Origin: Sphyrna mokarran
Taxonomy: Eukaryota
Assembly (NCBI GenBank): GCA_024679065.1
Contig: JAGIQG010000013.1
Coordinates: 48,298,001-48,362,000 of the forward strand
Reading direction: 5' to 3'
Length of the DNA: 64,000 nt
Both the position numbers and the translations under genes were made by a program. Positions 1 through 14,480 of this stretch are shown piece by piece. The stretch's first letter is position 1. Each line of letters begins with the position of its first letter. The notes below the pieces were generated by a model. That model saw only the letters and a list, made by a program, of their open reading frames with translations. It was not told the origin of the DNA and searched no databases.

Positions 1-289
1 CATCCCAGCACTACCTGTACCAACCTAATTCTGCTACTCAATGTAGCCTCCAATTTGAGTGCAAGTTGAAAACGGGTGCCGGCAGAGGGAAAGAGGAAGC
101 GCTAAAAGAAAGCCATACGAGTCGGTGGGCCACAAAAAAGGTCAGTTAAAAACAACTTTAAAAAAAAGTGAAACTGGCAACATTGAATACATACGTTTAC
201 ACTAAAAGTGAAACGTTCAAGGCAGTGTTAAGTGGCAGCTTGCTGCACTGGTGCTGGTGCCGTCTGAATCAAAACATATTTCTCCCACA

Positions 290-1180
290 GTAACCTTTGA
301 ACCACACATTCAGCTGGCTGATTTTATTTAACCTATGCCAATGTGTTTGTGGTTCAAGTCATAATCCAGAGATTTCCATCCTTGTGGTCCTTTTTAATGT
401 AGCCCCTGTTGTTCATGCTCCCCCACAGCAGAATCTTGTCCTAACTATGGCATTGATATGCAAATTCACTATGAAAGCTGGATCCTTCTGGCCCCACATG
501 TATTATTGCTGTGATAAACCCCAGGACTTCCATGGGGAAAACATTGATTGACCTCCCTACAGCACTCGTTGAATACGAGCTCCCTGAGGATTGGTAATTT
601 ACTAACCAGGTGGCGCCAGAATACTGATCCCTGTATAAAGCAGGCCCAAGTGAGTCCATTATTGTATTGTCCCGATTGGGAGGTATTGTGTTCACCAAAA
701 GTTAGTAGCTTTGTTTTACTTTACTTTATGCAACAAAGCACTATTCCTTTATAGCTGACTCCTGGAGTTATTATAATTGCCTTCTGCACTCTTGCTCTCA
801 GCTGGAAAAATCCTCCTAACCAAACTATCCCCTACTGCAACCACATTCCTTTCTACTCTACCCATTTCAATGGCTTCCAGCACCATGGTGCCATGGTCAG
901 TCAGTTCATCCTCCTTGCAGTCCCTGCTCTCGTCCACACAGGCTCAAGCATCTGAAATCTATTGAAGAATTGCAGAGCATGTGGTTCCACCATTACAGCC
1001 TTCTGAGTCCCATACTGGCCGGACCATTCACCCAAATCAGCAGTGCCTAGCTTAAGGTGTAGCTGTCCTAGTACCGGTTACTTTCCATTCTCTGATTGCA
1101 GGCCCTGTCAAAGCTTGGACTGCACCTCCTCACTTCTGAGCCAAAGCTCGTTGAGCTGCAGACACGGTTACCACGGACTA
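290..1180 (-). mobile_element. Decayed CR1 LINE ORF1 (leucine zipper + SGNH esterase) remnant
   Basis: Minus-strand translations give CLQLNELWLRSEEVQSKL (zipper), VVAVGDSLVR (esterase GDS block, ORF 749..937) and EISGL*LEPQTHWHRLNKISQLNVWFK, matching the CR1 ORF1 layout; many stops/frameshifts. Confidence 0.75.
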
Positions 1181-1454
1181 GTTCCAATATACAACTATAA
1201 CTCATCACATGTTCTTCCATCTTTGTGCTTATTTCACTCATTAGATTTTACATTTAGAAACATCACTCAACTATTGCAGTTAGACTATTAATTTAATGCA
1301 ATACTTGCTCTACTAAAGAAGAGTAAAACCTATGGGCTCACCTAATCAATGGTTTTGAACAATCAATTACTGGGGGCCGAAAACAAGAGCAACATGTCCT
1401 CTCCTTCTCTGAGCCCAATATCACAGTTAGTGCTCATTCCACCTTGCAATCACC

Positions 1455-1740
1455 ATGGGCACTGGCAAGCGCTGCTATCTCAGTGTCAGGGACCTGGGTT
1501 TGATTCCCAGCTTGGATTACTATCTGTGCAGCATCTGCACATTTTCCCCATGTCTGCATGGGTTTACTCGGGGTGCTCCAGTTTCCTCCCACTGTCCAAA
1601 AGACGTGCTGGTTAGATACATTGGCCATATTAAGTTCTCTCTCAGTATTCCCAAATGGGCACCACAGTGCAATAACTAGGGGGTTTCCACAGTAACTTCA
1701 CTGCAGTGTTAATGTAAGCCTGTGACATAATAAAATGAAC
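1455..1740 (+). mobile_element. HE1-like V-SINE (tail type B, Rex1-like)
   Basis: tRNA-like head with B-box-like GGTTTGATTCCC, V-core TCCCCATGTCTGCATGGGTTT...CCAGTTTCCTCCCAC, tail AGTAACTTCACTGCAGTGTTAATGTAAGCCTGTGACATAATAAA. Confidence 0.85.
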
Positions 1741-3894
1741 TAATTACCTTTAAACTGTGCTCTCATTCATTTGTCACTCACTTAAGGTAGCACATTAATG
1801 GCAGGGTAGAGAAGCAATCCATGAGTCTCCTCGCCACAAGCTTAATCGCGGCAGAGCCAGGAAGGAAATGAGGGTCCACCATCATCCCAGCCAATTAAAC
1901 TGCCACCCCCCTCATCAAACTTGCCACTGAGAGAGCATAAAATTACCTTAGTTGCATTTTGTAGATGGAAAGAGGGAATGCTGTACTCATGTAATTAGTC
2001 ACATCAATGCTTAGCGTGGAACTTAGCTTAGCTTTTCTTGTTCAGGGCTGTTAAGCGAGTAAGTACTTTCAGTGGGATGATTCATCCAACGGGAAATGCT
2101 ACATCATCTTTACGGTAGGTTAACCAGACTGCTACCTGGTTGCAGAGCGTCCGATTTTTCCATGCAAAAGATTATTACGAATAAAAGTAAAGACTAACAT
2201 CAAACAACAAGAAATGGGTCGTGTTACCTAATGTTTTATGCACTATGTGAAATATTTTTCAGCAAGGGGCCTAGACAAGAAATGTAATCCAATCTCTCTG
2301 TATGTCAATCTGAAGCAGCTGCCTGAAAGTTTGCAAGATTAATCTGTAATGACATACCTTTTCATTATCCCTACTTTCCAAAATACCAGCTCTTGTCATC
2401 CCCCCATTATACCATTTAGCCATTTGTAAAACAAATCATTGCCCTGGCCTTGCAGTATATCCTTCAAAATTGTTATCATCTGCAGAATGATATTTCCTGG
2501 CTGAATCATGGCTTTTAGAATGATTGATAGCATTAGATCTACTTCCTATGAAGGGATATGAGTTACAGCATTTAAAGATGAACAGCATTAATTTAAAGTA
2601 GAACATTTTGGAAAGGTCCAAAAGAGAGAGAAAGCAGGAAGATGATAGAAGAAATCGTGACAAAAGCCAAAAAGAAACTGAACTGTTAGCACTTTTGCTA
2701 ATCATTTTCACAAGAAAATTTCTATTGTTTGAACTTGAAGAACAGCATTAGAAACTTAACCTGAAATGTGTCATTTTGAATTTGAGCCCTATCGAATACT
2801 TGCTGTGCAAATAAAAATGTACAAAAAGATGTGTGCTCATGCTGAATTTACATCCTGTTCATTGCGCAGATAACTACAGTCCAGAAATTTAATTCAATGC
2901 CCAAAGCAGGATGAGTGTAATTTTGGCAGAGCAGAAGGAGATGTTTTAGATGCTTTAAATTTAATTTAATGTAACATTTTCACACCTTCTTGAACAGGGT
3001 GCAAAATTCTGCACACGGCAAATAATTTTTCTTCCTCACTACTTTGTCACACTAATGGCAGAGGCAGGCCCCCAGAGAAAGACACTGCCACTTACTCAGT
3101 CCATGATAGGTATGCTCATCATCGCTGCTGGAAAAGTGGCAACTTAATGAAAGCATCACCCAGAACTTAAAAAGGAGTAGATTTTCAACTTGCCTCCTGT
3201 GCATAAAAACATCATCATGGAGCAGCTGTCCAATACAGGAACAGCCTAGCTTTTGCTTCCTCTGAAGTGTGTCAACAGTTAACTGAATCTTTGAGAGACT
3301 GCATTACATTAAATCAATTAATCTAACCGTTTCTTTAACTGAGTTCATTTATTTAGAATGGCTCAAAGCACCACAAATAAACCCAGAATTGGACAATAAA
3401 TTACATAAAAGTCTGGCATCAAACTTTTTAAATTTGCCACACAAACCCAACATACACAAATAGACAACTCTCATATGTCATGGAGATGCTATTTCACAAA
3501 ATTCTGGCACTAAAGTTCCTTTAATCCATATAGAATACCAAAATCTAAAACATTCACAGGTGAAGGTGCAGCAGATTAGGACTCCCAAATATCTACGACA
3601 AATGCACAAACCCCATCATAAATTTGGAGTCAAATTTGGGTATGGTCACCTGCATCAATGAGGCTGCATGAGGGATACCTGATCTATTTTACTGGTAGTG
3701 AGAGCATCTCGCGGCAAAAGACAAGTAACTTTTTTCCTTCAGCTCCTCAGGAATCAAAGGGCAATCTTCTAAAAGGTAATTGACCTAGGTGATGATCAAT
3801 TACTCTCACACTGAACCTCTGCAAATGTACCATGATAAATCTCTTCTGCGTAGTGTGAGCTGCTAAGTGTGGAGATATGTACTTTGGCTCCAAG

Positions 3895-5150
3895 ACAGAC
3901 AAATTGGAGTCTTTACTTAACAGTGAGAAACTCGAGGCTATGAAGGAGCAATGGGATTTAGATTTCCATCTGCACAAATCATTAAAAGCAAGTGCACAAG
4001 TGAAACAAAAAAGCAACGGAAACAGTTAATGGTCTGTTGGTCTTTTATTTAAAAATTCTATTTGTTTAAAATTCCAAAGGAAGTGATTTTTTAGTTCTAC
4101 TCAAGTGTTATTCTAATCTCACTGAAGTATTGAAATGTTTTTGGGTACTGAACCTCCGAAAAGATTTGCAACTTTCCAGGCTCCAGAGTTCAATAATGTC
4201 AGATCACAATGACTGCGCCCACACTTTTTTTTTTGGGTGGGGGAGTGAGGTGGGGAATAGCAGGTAATAATCTACTATCACTATTTTCAAATCACTGAGA
4301 CTTTTCTTTATTTACTTGTCCCATTTCCACCCACTTTTGCCTTGCAATATGAAATTACTCTTCAGATGGCAGTTCCCTTTATGTACAAGCTCAATTCCAC
4401 TCCTAAAAGTGCTTCAGGTACAAAGTCAGAATCTAAAGTGTCAGTAGCCCTGACATTCTTCTATACACACAAGTGAGACTCCCTGATTGGGTAAGCAATT
4501 ATTAACTCAATCAGGGAGTTCATCCTCCAAGAGGCCAAACTCATGGGACTCACTGTGGTCATTACACACCAATCATCCCTTTACTTTTTCCTCCTGTTAT
4601 GGACTTTCTCTTCTGTTCTTCTCCATTCTCCTATTATCTATGATTTGCAGTTCAGATGAAAGATCATTGAACTGATTGGATATCCACAGATATTGCCCAA
4701 ACTGAAGCATTTTAAAAAGGAATTAGAAAGCTAATGTGGCCCACTGGCCTCTTTTTAAGCATTGAAATTCAGAACTGAGGAAGTGATTCTTCAGAAGCCA
4801 GCCTTAACCAAGCCTTATTGTCAGAGTAACAAAATCCATTTCTAATATTTTCCATTTTTAATCGCAGGGAAGATTTATTATTTGCAGGGCAGAGGAGAAG
4901 GAAGTAACAACTCAATTATGAAATGGTACTCAGGCTTAAAAGGTTAAATTAAGAGATCAAGATGCATAAGTTTAGCATGGCACGCATTGAGGAGATTGAA
5001 AATTGAGGTGCTTAAAGTGATAAAACAACTTGATAATTTCACTGTGTCTATCTTATCTCCAACAGGTTGGGGAATTCAGATCAAGAGGGCATCATCACAA
5101 AAAAAAAAAATCAGGAGTGAATTTAAAAGTAAAAACAGAAAACACTCCTG
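3895..5150 (+). mobile_element. Highly decayed CR1 ORF2 3' fragments (about 3895-4165 and 4705-5150) separated by other repeat debris
   Basis: Weak matches to the CR1 EQRDLGV.VH.SLK.S.QV and GIE/QLY segments, and to the RGHxLK region near 5080. Confidence 0.5.
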
Positions 5151-6167
5151 CTGCTCTGACTGAAATCAGATTCTTTGACAAAGACAGGAAGGGATATTTC
5201 TGATATGCCTGTGGTGTATGAACATGCTGAGCCAAGCAGGATTCTATTTTAAGAACAGAAACTTCTCAATAAATAACTTAAGAAGTTTGTAAAGAAATAG
5301 CAGCTTTGCACAATATTACAACAGTATTGGCAAAATAGTGCTTTGTAACGAAGCAGCATTTACCCCAGTATAACACTGGATTTTATGACCAGCTCCAGAT
5401 AGACAGTCAACTTATGCACAATCCCATTTCCCATTCATGATCAATACAGATTGACAAATCATTTCTTCTGTTAGTGAAGTATAATTATTGAGTCCTTGAT
5501 TTATAAGCTAACAGATCAAGCACTAACTAAAGTGTCTCTTCAGGTGGCTAGATTTTAAGCAGAGACTTGCAGTGTTTGATAAGCTAGGATCTGATCAATA
5601 GCGCAGTGCCAAGCAGCATGGATGTTGGGAACATCAAATGAAATTTTCCAGTTATGTCAGATTTCCTGTGGAAATGAACTCAATTGACTGCAAAGCATCA
5701 TCAAAAGGGTTGAAGGAGATGACAATAGGACAGTGTTGGACAGACAGTCACAAATACAAAGTCATTCCATTAATGAACGTAAATTTTTAAACTGTGCAAA
5801 TTTCTCTGCATGGAAATTTAGCTCTTTATTTGAAAACCCATTTGACCTGGAGAGATTTCTTCCAAATTATTGGCTAAACACACTTTGTATTTTATCTTGT
5901 GACTACATTATATTACTATTACAAAGCTCAGTGTATAATTCTATCTTGCTGATACACGAATCATCATTAGGATTTAACCATCGGTACTGAAACAACAGAA
6001 CTGATTAATTTGATTTGCCAAGGTAAATTTAACTAGGATGAGAGAACCTCATTTTAAATATACCTATAGAATACTGAAAATAAATGCTAAAAAATTAACA
6101 ATTGTAATTCAATCTGCAGAAGTGAGGAGCAGGTTCTGATGATATTCAAAGATCACTGAGATAACTT

Positions 6168-7015
6168 GCATAGAAACTCAAAGCAGGAGTAGGCCATTTG
6201 GCCCTTTGAGCCTGCTCCACAATTCATCTTGATCAGGGTTGATCATCAAATTCAATATCCTGATCCCCCTTCCTCCCATATCCATTGATCCCTTTAGCCC
6301 CAAAAGTTATATCTAATTTCTTCTTGAAATCGTACAATGCTTTGGCCTCAATTACATTCAATGCTAGTGAATTCCACACATTCACCATCCTCTGGGTGAA
6401 GAAATTTCTCCTCAATTCAGTTGTAAATATTTACCCTTTATCCTCAAACTATGACTCTGAACTCCCCCACCATTGGGAACTTTCTTTCTGAATCCTGTGT
6501 AATCCTGTTAGAATTTTCTAAGTTTCTATGAGATCCCCTCTCATTCAACTGAACTCCAGTGAATATAATCTTAACCAACTTAGTCTCTCCTTACATGACA
6601 GACCTGCCATCCCAGGAATCAGCACGGTAAATCTTCACTGTGCTTCCTCTATAGCAAGGAGCATCCTTTCTCAGATAAAGAAACTGCACACAAAACTCCA
6701 TCTGTAGCCTCACCAATACGCTATACAATAGTAAAACATCCCTATCCTTATACTCAAATCTTCTTGCTATGAAGGCCAACATACCATTTGCCTTCTTTAC
6801 GTCTTGCTGTACCTGCACGTTTACTTTCAGCATCTGAAGCACGGGGACTGCAAGGTCTCGTTGACCATCGACCTCTTTCAATTTACATCAATTCAAGGAA
6901 TAATCTGTCTTCTTGTTATTGATACCGAAGTAGCTAACCTCACATTTATTCACACTATACTGCATCTGATATGCTGATACCCACACACACTGCCTGTGCA
7001 AATCACACTGAAGCA
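6168..7015 (-). mobile_element. CR1 LINE 3' fragment
   Basis: ORFs 6591..6881 (QRDLAVPV...KKANGMLAFIARRFEYK...LVRLQMEFCVQF) and 6233..6415 (RRNFFTQRMVNVWNSL); CR1 tail GGCCTACTCCTGCT...TTCTATG on the minus strand. Confidence 0.9.
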
Positions 7016-10000
7016 GAACTGAAAGCTTAATTGAATCCAACTAATCAAATAAAAATGGTGAGCTTCACTCAGGAGATCAGGCATCTATAGAGAGAGGAAC
7101 AGGAGATAATATTCTAGAGAAATAACCTGGCAGCAGAATTAGAAAATGCTGGAGATGAACAAATTATAAGCAACTACAAATCCAGAGAAAAGAAGTGGGA
7201 TGGAGTAGGTGCGGCCAGATGGGCAATGGTAACCACATCAGTGATGTTTATAGTAACAAGTTTATGCAAAGATTAGAATAAAAGATGTGCTCTGAGGTCT
7301 TGTCCTCAGCAGAAAATCACATTCATAAAGAGAAGAAGAAAGGAACCATGAGGGAGATTCATATCCAAGGCAAACCTGGCCAGTTCACTCAAGTGGGTAG
7401 TTTTTTCAGTTAAGGCTTAGAATTAAATGAGTTAAAGTTAATATTTATGTTAAATTAATTAAAAGGTTGAACTTAAATGAATTGACTGAGTTAAAGTAAA
7501 TGTTGCAACTAATGTGAGTTTATGTTGAGTGTTGGTACGTGAAGTATTGAATAAAGAAGAAGTGTTGTTTAAGTGGAATTTGAGTCAACTCTGTCCTTTG
7601 GTTTTCACATAAGGGGAAAATATCTGATTTAAGTTTCCAGTTGGGTAACATAGGCTTTACATTCTCTCCTCTCCTCACAAAGTTTCTACCTACAGCAACC
7701 TGAGTCACAGTGTGGGTGAGAGACAAGGAAAAATTGATTCTACTACTTATATTAGCTTCCAGAAATGGGAAACATGTACAACATTGAAAAGGAGATGCTC
7801 TGGTTACATTCATCTGCACCAACAAATATTGACATGCTGAGCAGGCCCCAGAACGTTGGCATTGTTCTGTTCTGAGATTACTTCAAGCAGACAGCCGTGG
7901 GAGTACAGACACTGCAAATCTACCAGAATCTGTCTTTATGGTTCATTTGAAAATCAAGTGTTCAGTAATTAAAAATGATACTTTATTAAATTTGTTCCTC
8001 ATAATGGAAATGCCTGTTAATACAGAAGTCACATGAGACCACTGCATTGCAAACTACACCAAAGGGAGTCAGCAATTACAAAATAAAACTGCCAACAATT
8101 TCTGCAGCACCAATAGAAAAATCCCATGATGTGAGGGGGGTGACTGAAATATTAAACAAAATTTCAAAAAAGAATGGGGGGGTGGGTGTGGTGGGTGCTC
8201 GTCAAGATTGTTCAAGCCATTGGAAGGCTTTGTCTGGGAAATTACTTGAAAACATGATTAAAGTGGAACTACGGGTATTAATTTATCCTCACCAGAACAG
8301 TTGGCTAAAGGAGACCAGCTTGCTAAAAGCCGTGGAGCTGTAATCAAATTGAGCTTTTCAGGAAATGTCAATGTATTTAGTAATCCTAGATAATTATTCC
8401 TGTCAATAAGCTTCTTGTTTTTACATTATTGTTTAGATAAAGGAAGGTCACTGATGGCATGATTCTGATCCTTGTATTCACAAGAAATCACATCAAGTAA
8501 ATATGTCTATTTCATAAACCAGAATGGAGAAACAGCAGAGATTATTTTGCACTGGGCATCAACTGAATTCAAGCAATTGCTACATAAATCGCAGCTATGT
8601 AACGAGGAGATATCCAGGGAGAAGACAGGAAAGCAATCTAAAAGATGTTCAAATTAAAAACAGCCCTCCATCCAACCAACAACGCAGATGAATGTCTTAA
8701 TGCCTACAGTTTTCCATGCCTTGTACCTGAACCCATCAGGTGCAAAAGAAAAAGGAACCTTTATACCTGAAGGGTCTTGTTCCAACAGCAGCCTTGATGG
8801 CTAAGGTTAGAATTTTCCTAAAGTTTTAGGATGGTCAACATGTTTTTTTATTAAAATCAAAGTATAAACAGAGAATAAAAGCACAGGGACAAACAAAGTA
8901 CAGTGCAACAGCCAATACAGAAAACTCTCTCTATGTGAGATCAGCAATGCCAAGAGAAGATGATTTTATATTTAAAGCATCCAAATAGCCAGCCTTAAAA
9001 TTGGAAACCTGACACTGCCACTGATTTAAATTGAACTGAACCTTGCTAAATTGGTATGGTAATTTTACACTGCAAAATGTTACTGTTAGCTTGGTCCTAT
9101 TAATAATAAGTGTTAGTAAAATATTGTACATTTGTATTGGGCAGATTTTAGTGTTAAACTAATGGTGAAACAAATGGCATTTTCAATTATTAAAATGTAA
9201 ACAGTGTAGTACATGCAACTGAGGAGCAGATGCACAGTTAAACGTGCCTTTGCATAAATGGCATCTTGCTGTGCGTCTGGTTCACCATTGAAATACAATG
9301 AATGATATGAAATTGTATTTACGCAACAGATACTCACTGAACCAGATATTGAAAGTTAAGCACCCACTGTCAAATCAAATTCTATGGCACTGAAAAGGAA
9401 CTAGTCTCACATGCTGTCTCATTTCTATAAGTATTAATTGTTGGAGATTTTACATTTAAAACTTCCACTCTTCTGTTGTTCTATTTCCTTCATCTATTCT
9501 TTCATTCAATTTTTCTTTCCTTTTCTGTATCTGATTTGGATTTAATTCACTCAAATTCACTCACCCTTCTCAGTCCTTGTGCTATTAATCTCACAATCAT
9601 TCAAAGGAGATGCATGGTTCCTTGATCCATTCACTCAGGTCCCAGACTCTCAGATCACTTTTTTGCAACATCAGCAGTTGACTACATTGGTCACTTGTAA
9701 AACAATACTATCACTCAAAACGTTTGATGATAATGCAATCGTAAAAATTTAATTGAACAATGAGAAACCCAAGGGAGACAATAACAACATTCACAGCATG
9801 GTTAAAGCAGTTAATTGATGAAGGTAAAATTTAGATTGACGCAACAATGTGCTAAAAGATAGGTTAGTTTGTGGTGTGAATAATCTAACCATACAAAAAA
9901 ACTATAAGCTGAGACAGAAATTACTTTGACGGGAGTATTAGAGTTGTTCAGATTACAACAAAGCACCAAAAACGGTGCAGCAGAGTTGCAAAGCATATAA

Positions 10001-10519
10001 CTAGGCAAGATCAACGAACTTTGGTGGGAAATCATGGCATTAAAGATGAGGGCACTGAAAGTCACAAGCCTAAGAGCAGTAAGACAGGGCACAGAGAAAC
10101 AGAAAGCCAGATTGGCAGATCAAGAACTTAGCAGAACGCTACTGGTGCTGCGGAGGGGACCCCAGGAAAGACAAGTTTAAAAACGTAACATGTTTTATCT
10201 GTAACAGAAGGGAGCATATCTTAATGAGTCAAGCACAGCCTATCGTGGGCAAACAAAAAAAATTATGATTCTGCTGCATAGTTTAGAAAAATTACCTTGA
10301 AGAAGAATCTGAAATTTAAAGATCAAACAATATTAAAGCAAGCAGGTCAGCCCCAATTGAATTGTGTTGATGATAAATGGTTGATCACAAAGAACGGAGA
10401 TAAATATTGGAGGCTCTTCCACTATCATAGAGAGCAGATGTATTGGTATTTGCAGGATGAGGTCCAGCCTCTAGAATTCAAAGCACAGCACATATACTGG
10501 AGAAGCCTTAAAGATACCA

Positions 10520-11610
10520 AGGAAACAAAGCCAGCTACGACAGCTCCTACTTATTGACTACAGCTTATTCTTCAACACCATTATTCTCACAAAACTCATC
10601 TCCAAACTGTGGCCTGGGCCTCAGCACCTCCCTTGCAAATGGATCCTGAACTTCCTAATTCACAGGCCACGATCGTTCTCGACACCAGTGCCCACAAAGC
10701 TGTGTCCTCAGCCCCTTACTACATTTCTTATACACCTATGACTGTGTGATCAAATTCCCCACCAATTCAATTGTCAAGTTTGCTGACAATACCACGTAAT
10801 GTGTCGGATCTCAAATGATGACAAGACAGAGTACAAGAAAGAGATAGAGAATCTGGTGAACTGATGTGGCAACAATAATCTCTTCCTCAATGTCAACAAA
10901 TGAAGGAAAAGCATAAAGGAGAACATGCTCCTGTCTATATCAACAGGGACAAGTAAAAATAGTTGAGAGCTTCAAATTTTTAAGTATCCAGATCACCAAC
11001 AATCTGTTTTGGTCCCCCCCCCCCCCACCTCCTGCTACGCCGACACTAGTTAAGAAAGCCCAGCAACACCTCTATTTTCTCAGAAGGAAAAGGAAATTTG
11101 GCATGTCGACTCTCATCAATTTTTACAGATGCACCAAAGAAAGCATTCTTTCTGATTATAGCAAGCTGTGATACAGCTCCTGCTCTGACCAAGACTACAA
11201 GGAATCACAAAAGGTCGTGAATACAGTCAAATCCATCATGCAAATCAGCCTCCCATCCACAGATTCTGTTTACGCTTCCTGCTGCCTCGGCAAAGCAACC
11301 AGCACAACTAAGGATCCCATGCATCCCGGACATTCTCTCTTCCACCTTCTTCCATTGGGAAAAAAAGTACAAAAGTCTGAGGTCACATACCAACCGATTC
11401 AAGAACAGCTTCTTTGCTGTGGCTATCAGACTTTTGAATGGACTTACCTTGATTAAGTTGATCTTTCTCTGTACCCTTTCTATGACTGTAACACTACACT
11501 TTGCAATCTCATTTCCTTCTCTGTGAACAGTATGCTTTGTCAATATAGTGCACAAGAAACAATACTTTTCACTGTATGTTAATATATGTGACAATAATAA
11601 ATCAAATCAA
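10520..11610 (+). mobile_element. Rex1/Babar-like LINE, 5'-truncated (RT C-terminal half + tail)
   Basis: Translation LIDYSLFFNTIILTKLISKL...WILNFLIHRP, KFADNT, KKAQQHLYFLRR, DPMHPGHSLFHLLPLGK; ends AATAAATCAAATCAA. Confidence 0.8.
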
Positions 11611-12266
11611 GGTACTCAGCACCATAGCTGCACCAGTAACCTACCAACATCAATCAGCCCAGTGACTCATCATCATGGTCAGGGGCCAAGGGTGAAGTCT
11701 CATGAGCCATGTTTGGTTCTGTCAGATTCAATTAAATTAGTTCAAGATTTTCAACATTAATGAAGGCAATTGTTATGAAATATTAAGGAAATACCAAGAC
11801 ACATTTCAGAACAAACTGAGCAAAATACAGGGTATCAAGACAATGCACAGTGCTATAGCATTCCTCTCATCATAATTGCATCTTTAGGTTTTTGCAACAC
11901 CTTCTAGACATGATTATCTTATAATTCTCTTTATATCCTATGGGGTTTTATGCAATCAACATGTGCCATCTGTTCAGAATTGTGCGTTGAACGGGCTCAG
12001 AATCTAAACTCAGTTCAAGTAATTATTTAGAAACACAAGGGACAAAATTATTTCCTTGAAAAGAAATAAATAGCAACCTGAAACTGGAAACCAAGAATTT
12101 CTGCAGAATGCTAACTGGTCAGTACTGGAATTCTAAATGAAGCTTGAAGTTAAATCAAGAGAAAGAAGATTTTTTTGAAAAAAACTAATTGACTTTTTAG
12201 TCGGAGTACCAGTTAAGTGCCAATTTGTGCCAAATCCCTGGGTAGTTTTTGTTTCCCTTGGTGGAC

Positions 12267-12344
12267 TTTGAAACACATTGGGGCTCTTCAAACAACCTTT
12301 CCAATTTGAAACACATTGGGGCTCTTCAAACAACCTTTCCAATT
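12267..12344. repeat. Perfect 38-bp tandem duplication
   Basis: TTTGAAACACATTGGGGCTCTTCAAACAACCTTTCCAA occurs at 12267-12304 and again at 12305-12342. Confidence 0.95.
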
Positions 12345-14399
12345 CCAAGATCTCCTTTTTGCTGTTGATGCTTACAAATAGCCACATTCAATACAAGAAA
12401 CGTTAATTGTTCCGAGCATTAATGGATTGCACGTGCACAAAATTAATAAGTTATGTCTGCAGTTAAAAGGATTCAGATCACACTTTCAATTTAATTTTCA
12501 GATAAAATCAATTAATATTCAATTACTTTGCAAAGAATATCATGAATCATTTGCAAAGTTCCAGCTGAGCAATAATCATGAACGTAAATTCACTACTTCA
12601 ATCAAACTTCTGCACAAAGTAAACAAAGCAAGAATATATCAAAAAGGATGACAACTAGCAATGCTGGAATGGCAATACTTTTTCTGCTTTCGAACTTGGG
12701 TGACAGCATTATTGTGTTTGATGTAGTATAATCAGACATGTCCCTTTCCAATACCTAATCACCATCCATCCAAACAAACAAACAAAACCAGTATTCAGGA
12801 TTTCCATTTATCACCCTATTCTGCCGAGACTGCCAATAAAGTGACAATTATAGTCAGTTTTGTGTTAAAAGCTTATATCTACTAAGAACTGGATCAAGTT
12901 AACATCCTGCAATCATTAGGAAATGGAAACTAGCCCCAATAACTTATGCTGGATTTCAATATTTCACATATGAATACAAGGTGAGAATATTAGGTCAATC
13001 AAGTCTGCCACATGCAGACACAACCCTCAACTGCATCCACCATCTCCAAACAAATTCACAAAAAAAAACAACACTGGCTTCAGAGATCAAACAGAACTTC
13101 AGTATATGCTGTAGCCCATAATATTCCACACCAAATACTAATTCAGTTAATTCTCAGTTTACCCAAACATTTCTTGGAAGCAGCGTTAATATTCATCCCC
13201 ATAAGTGCACGCTGCATCTCCTACAACCAGAGTCACCTTTATAGCAAGAAGTGCATCACATTTCACTGAGGTAATCTGTCATATTTTGGATTGACATGTT
13301 AACATGGAATAAAATTGAATCTAAGCTAATATGAAGTTGCACCTTAGATAGCAAAAGGTATAATTGTATTCAATTTTGGCTCAGTGCCTCAGATTTTTGG
13401 AGGGGTCTTTCACACCAATCCAAAACTATTTGACCATCCGAAGCCCTCCCACATCTGTAGGTTGTCTTGTCTATCTTGTAATGATTTTTCATGTTTCTCA
13501 TAAATTTTATTATGTCTTGAGCTAAGATTTTGCCATTGCAAATTTAAATATTTAGTTTTCTTCAGTTTTTAAGAGAATCAGGCCACCAATAAGAATCCCT
13601 CGCTATAGTCTTCTCTTACTTTTATGTAATGAACTGATAGCTTTACCCAGAGTCACAGCATGGAATCCTTCCATAAACACCAGCTACAAAAAGGGACAAA
13701 GAGAAAAGGGTACTTTCTTCATTGATCAGATTAAAATTTCTAATTTACTGTACAAGGAATGTATAATATTAGATTATATTACCTGTTGTTAACTTTTGAG
13801 GCTTTTAAAACCTCCTTATCCAAGATTACTTCAGCAGCTGTCCTTAACATTTCTCCTAATCCCAACTGACTGGTGATTGGCAAAGGACCCACAATTGAAA
13901 GGTTCATTAACAATGATCAAGAGATGTGCTAAATTTGGTTGTAGTCCTCAAGTTTATCCAGAGGTTGGCGCTGGTCATGTCGACTTCAGTTGAAAATTTC
14001 CAAAATATTCAGCCCTAAAAATGGTGCAATAATCTGTCTTTTGCATGTTTCATTCTGATGCCCTCAAGATGCATCATAAGAAATCTTCAGTAAATTGGTT
14101 TGAAATGCTGCACTACCACTATCCATCAGAACGCATCAGGTCCCTCATCAGATTTGGTTGTGTAAGATCACACCTCATAAGTACACCACACCATTGATAA
14201 GAGAAAGATTGGAGGGGAAATTATAGGCAGAGACTGCAAGGGGGAATGCAAGAATGACAAGAAATGAGGGTTCTGGTATTGCCTCAATAATGTATAAAAG
14301 TTTTCACGATAACTAACAGATGAACAGAAAAATTCAATGAACGAAACCCATTGTGAAACTAACAATGAAACAAAATAAAAGTTGACGAGGGAAATCGGA

Positions 14400-14480
14400 A
14401 CTAATAACAGAAAATACTGGAAATACTGGAGGTGAAGCAGCATCTGTGAAAGGGAAACACAACGTCGATGTTTCAAATCT
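14400..14480 (-). mobile_element. Penelope-like element terminal fragment
   Basis: AACAGAAAATACTGGAAATACT...GCAGCATCTGTG...GATGTTTCA motif, shared with the copies at 46915 and 60290. Confidence 0.55.

Noticed and set aside
12267-12344. 38-bp direct repeats as a possible CRISPR array
   Set aside because: Only two copies, no spacer, vertebrate context and no cas genes.
13783-14014. Minus-strand AG...GT exon-like segment (similar one at about 9338-9389)
   Set aside because: Stops in all three frames, and such splice-like pairs are common by chance in 64 kb.
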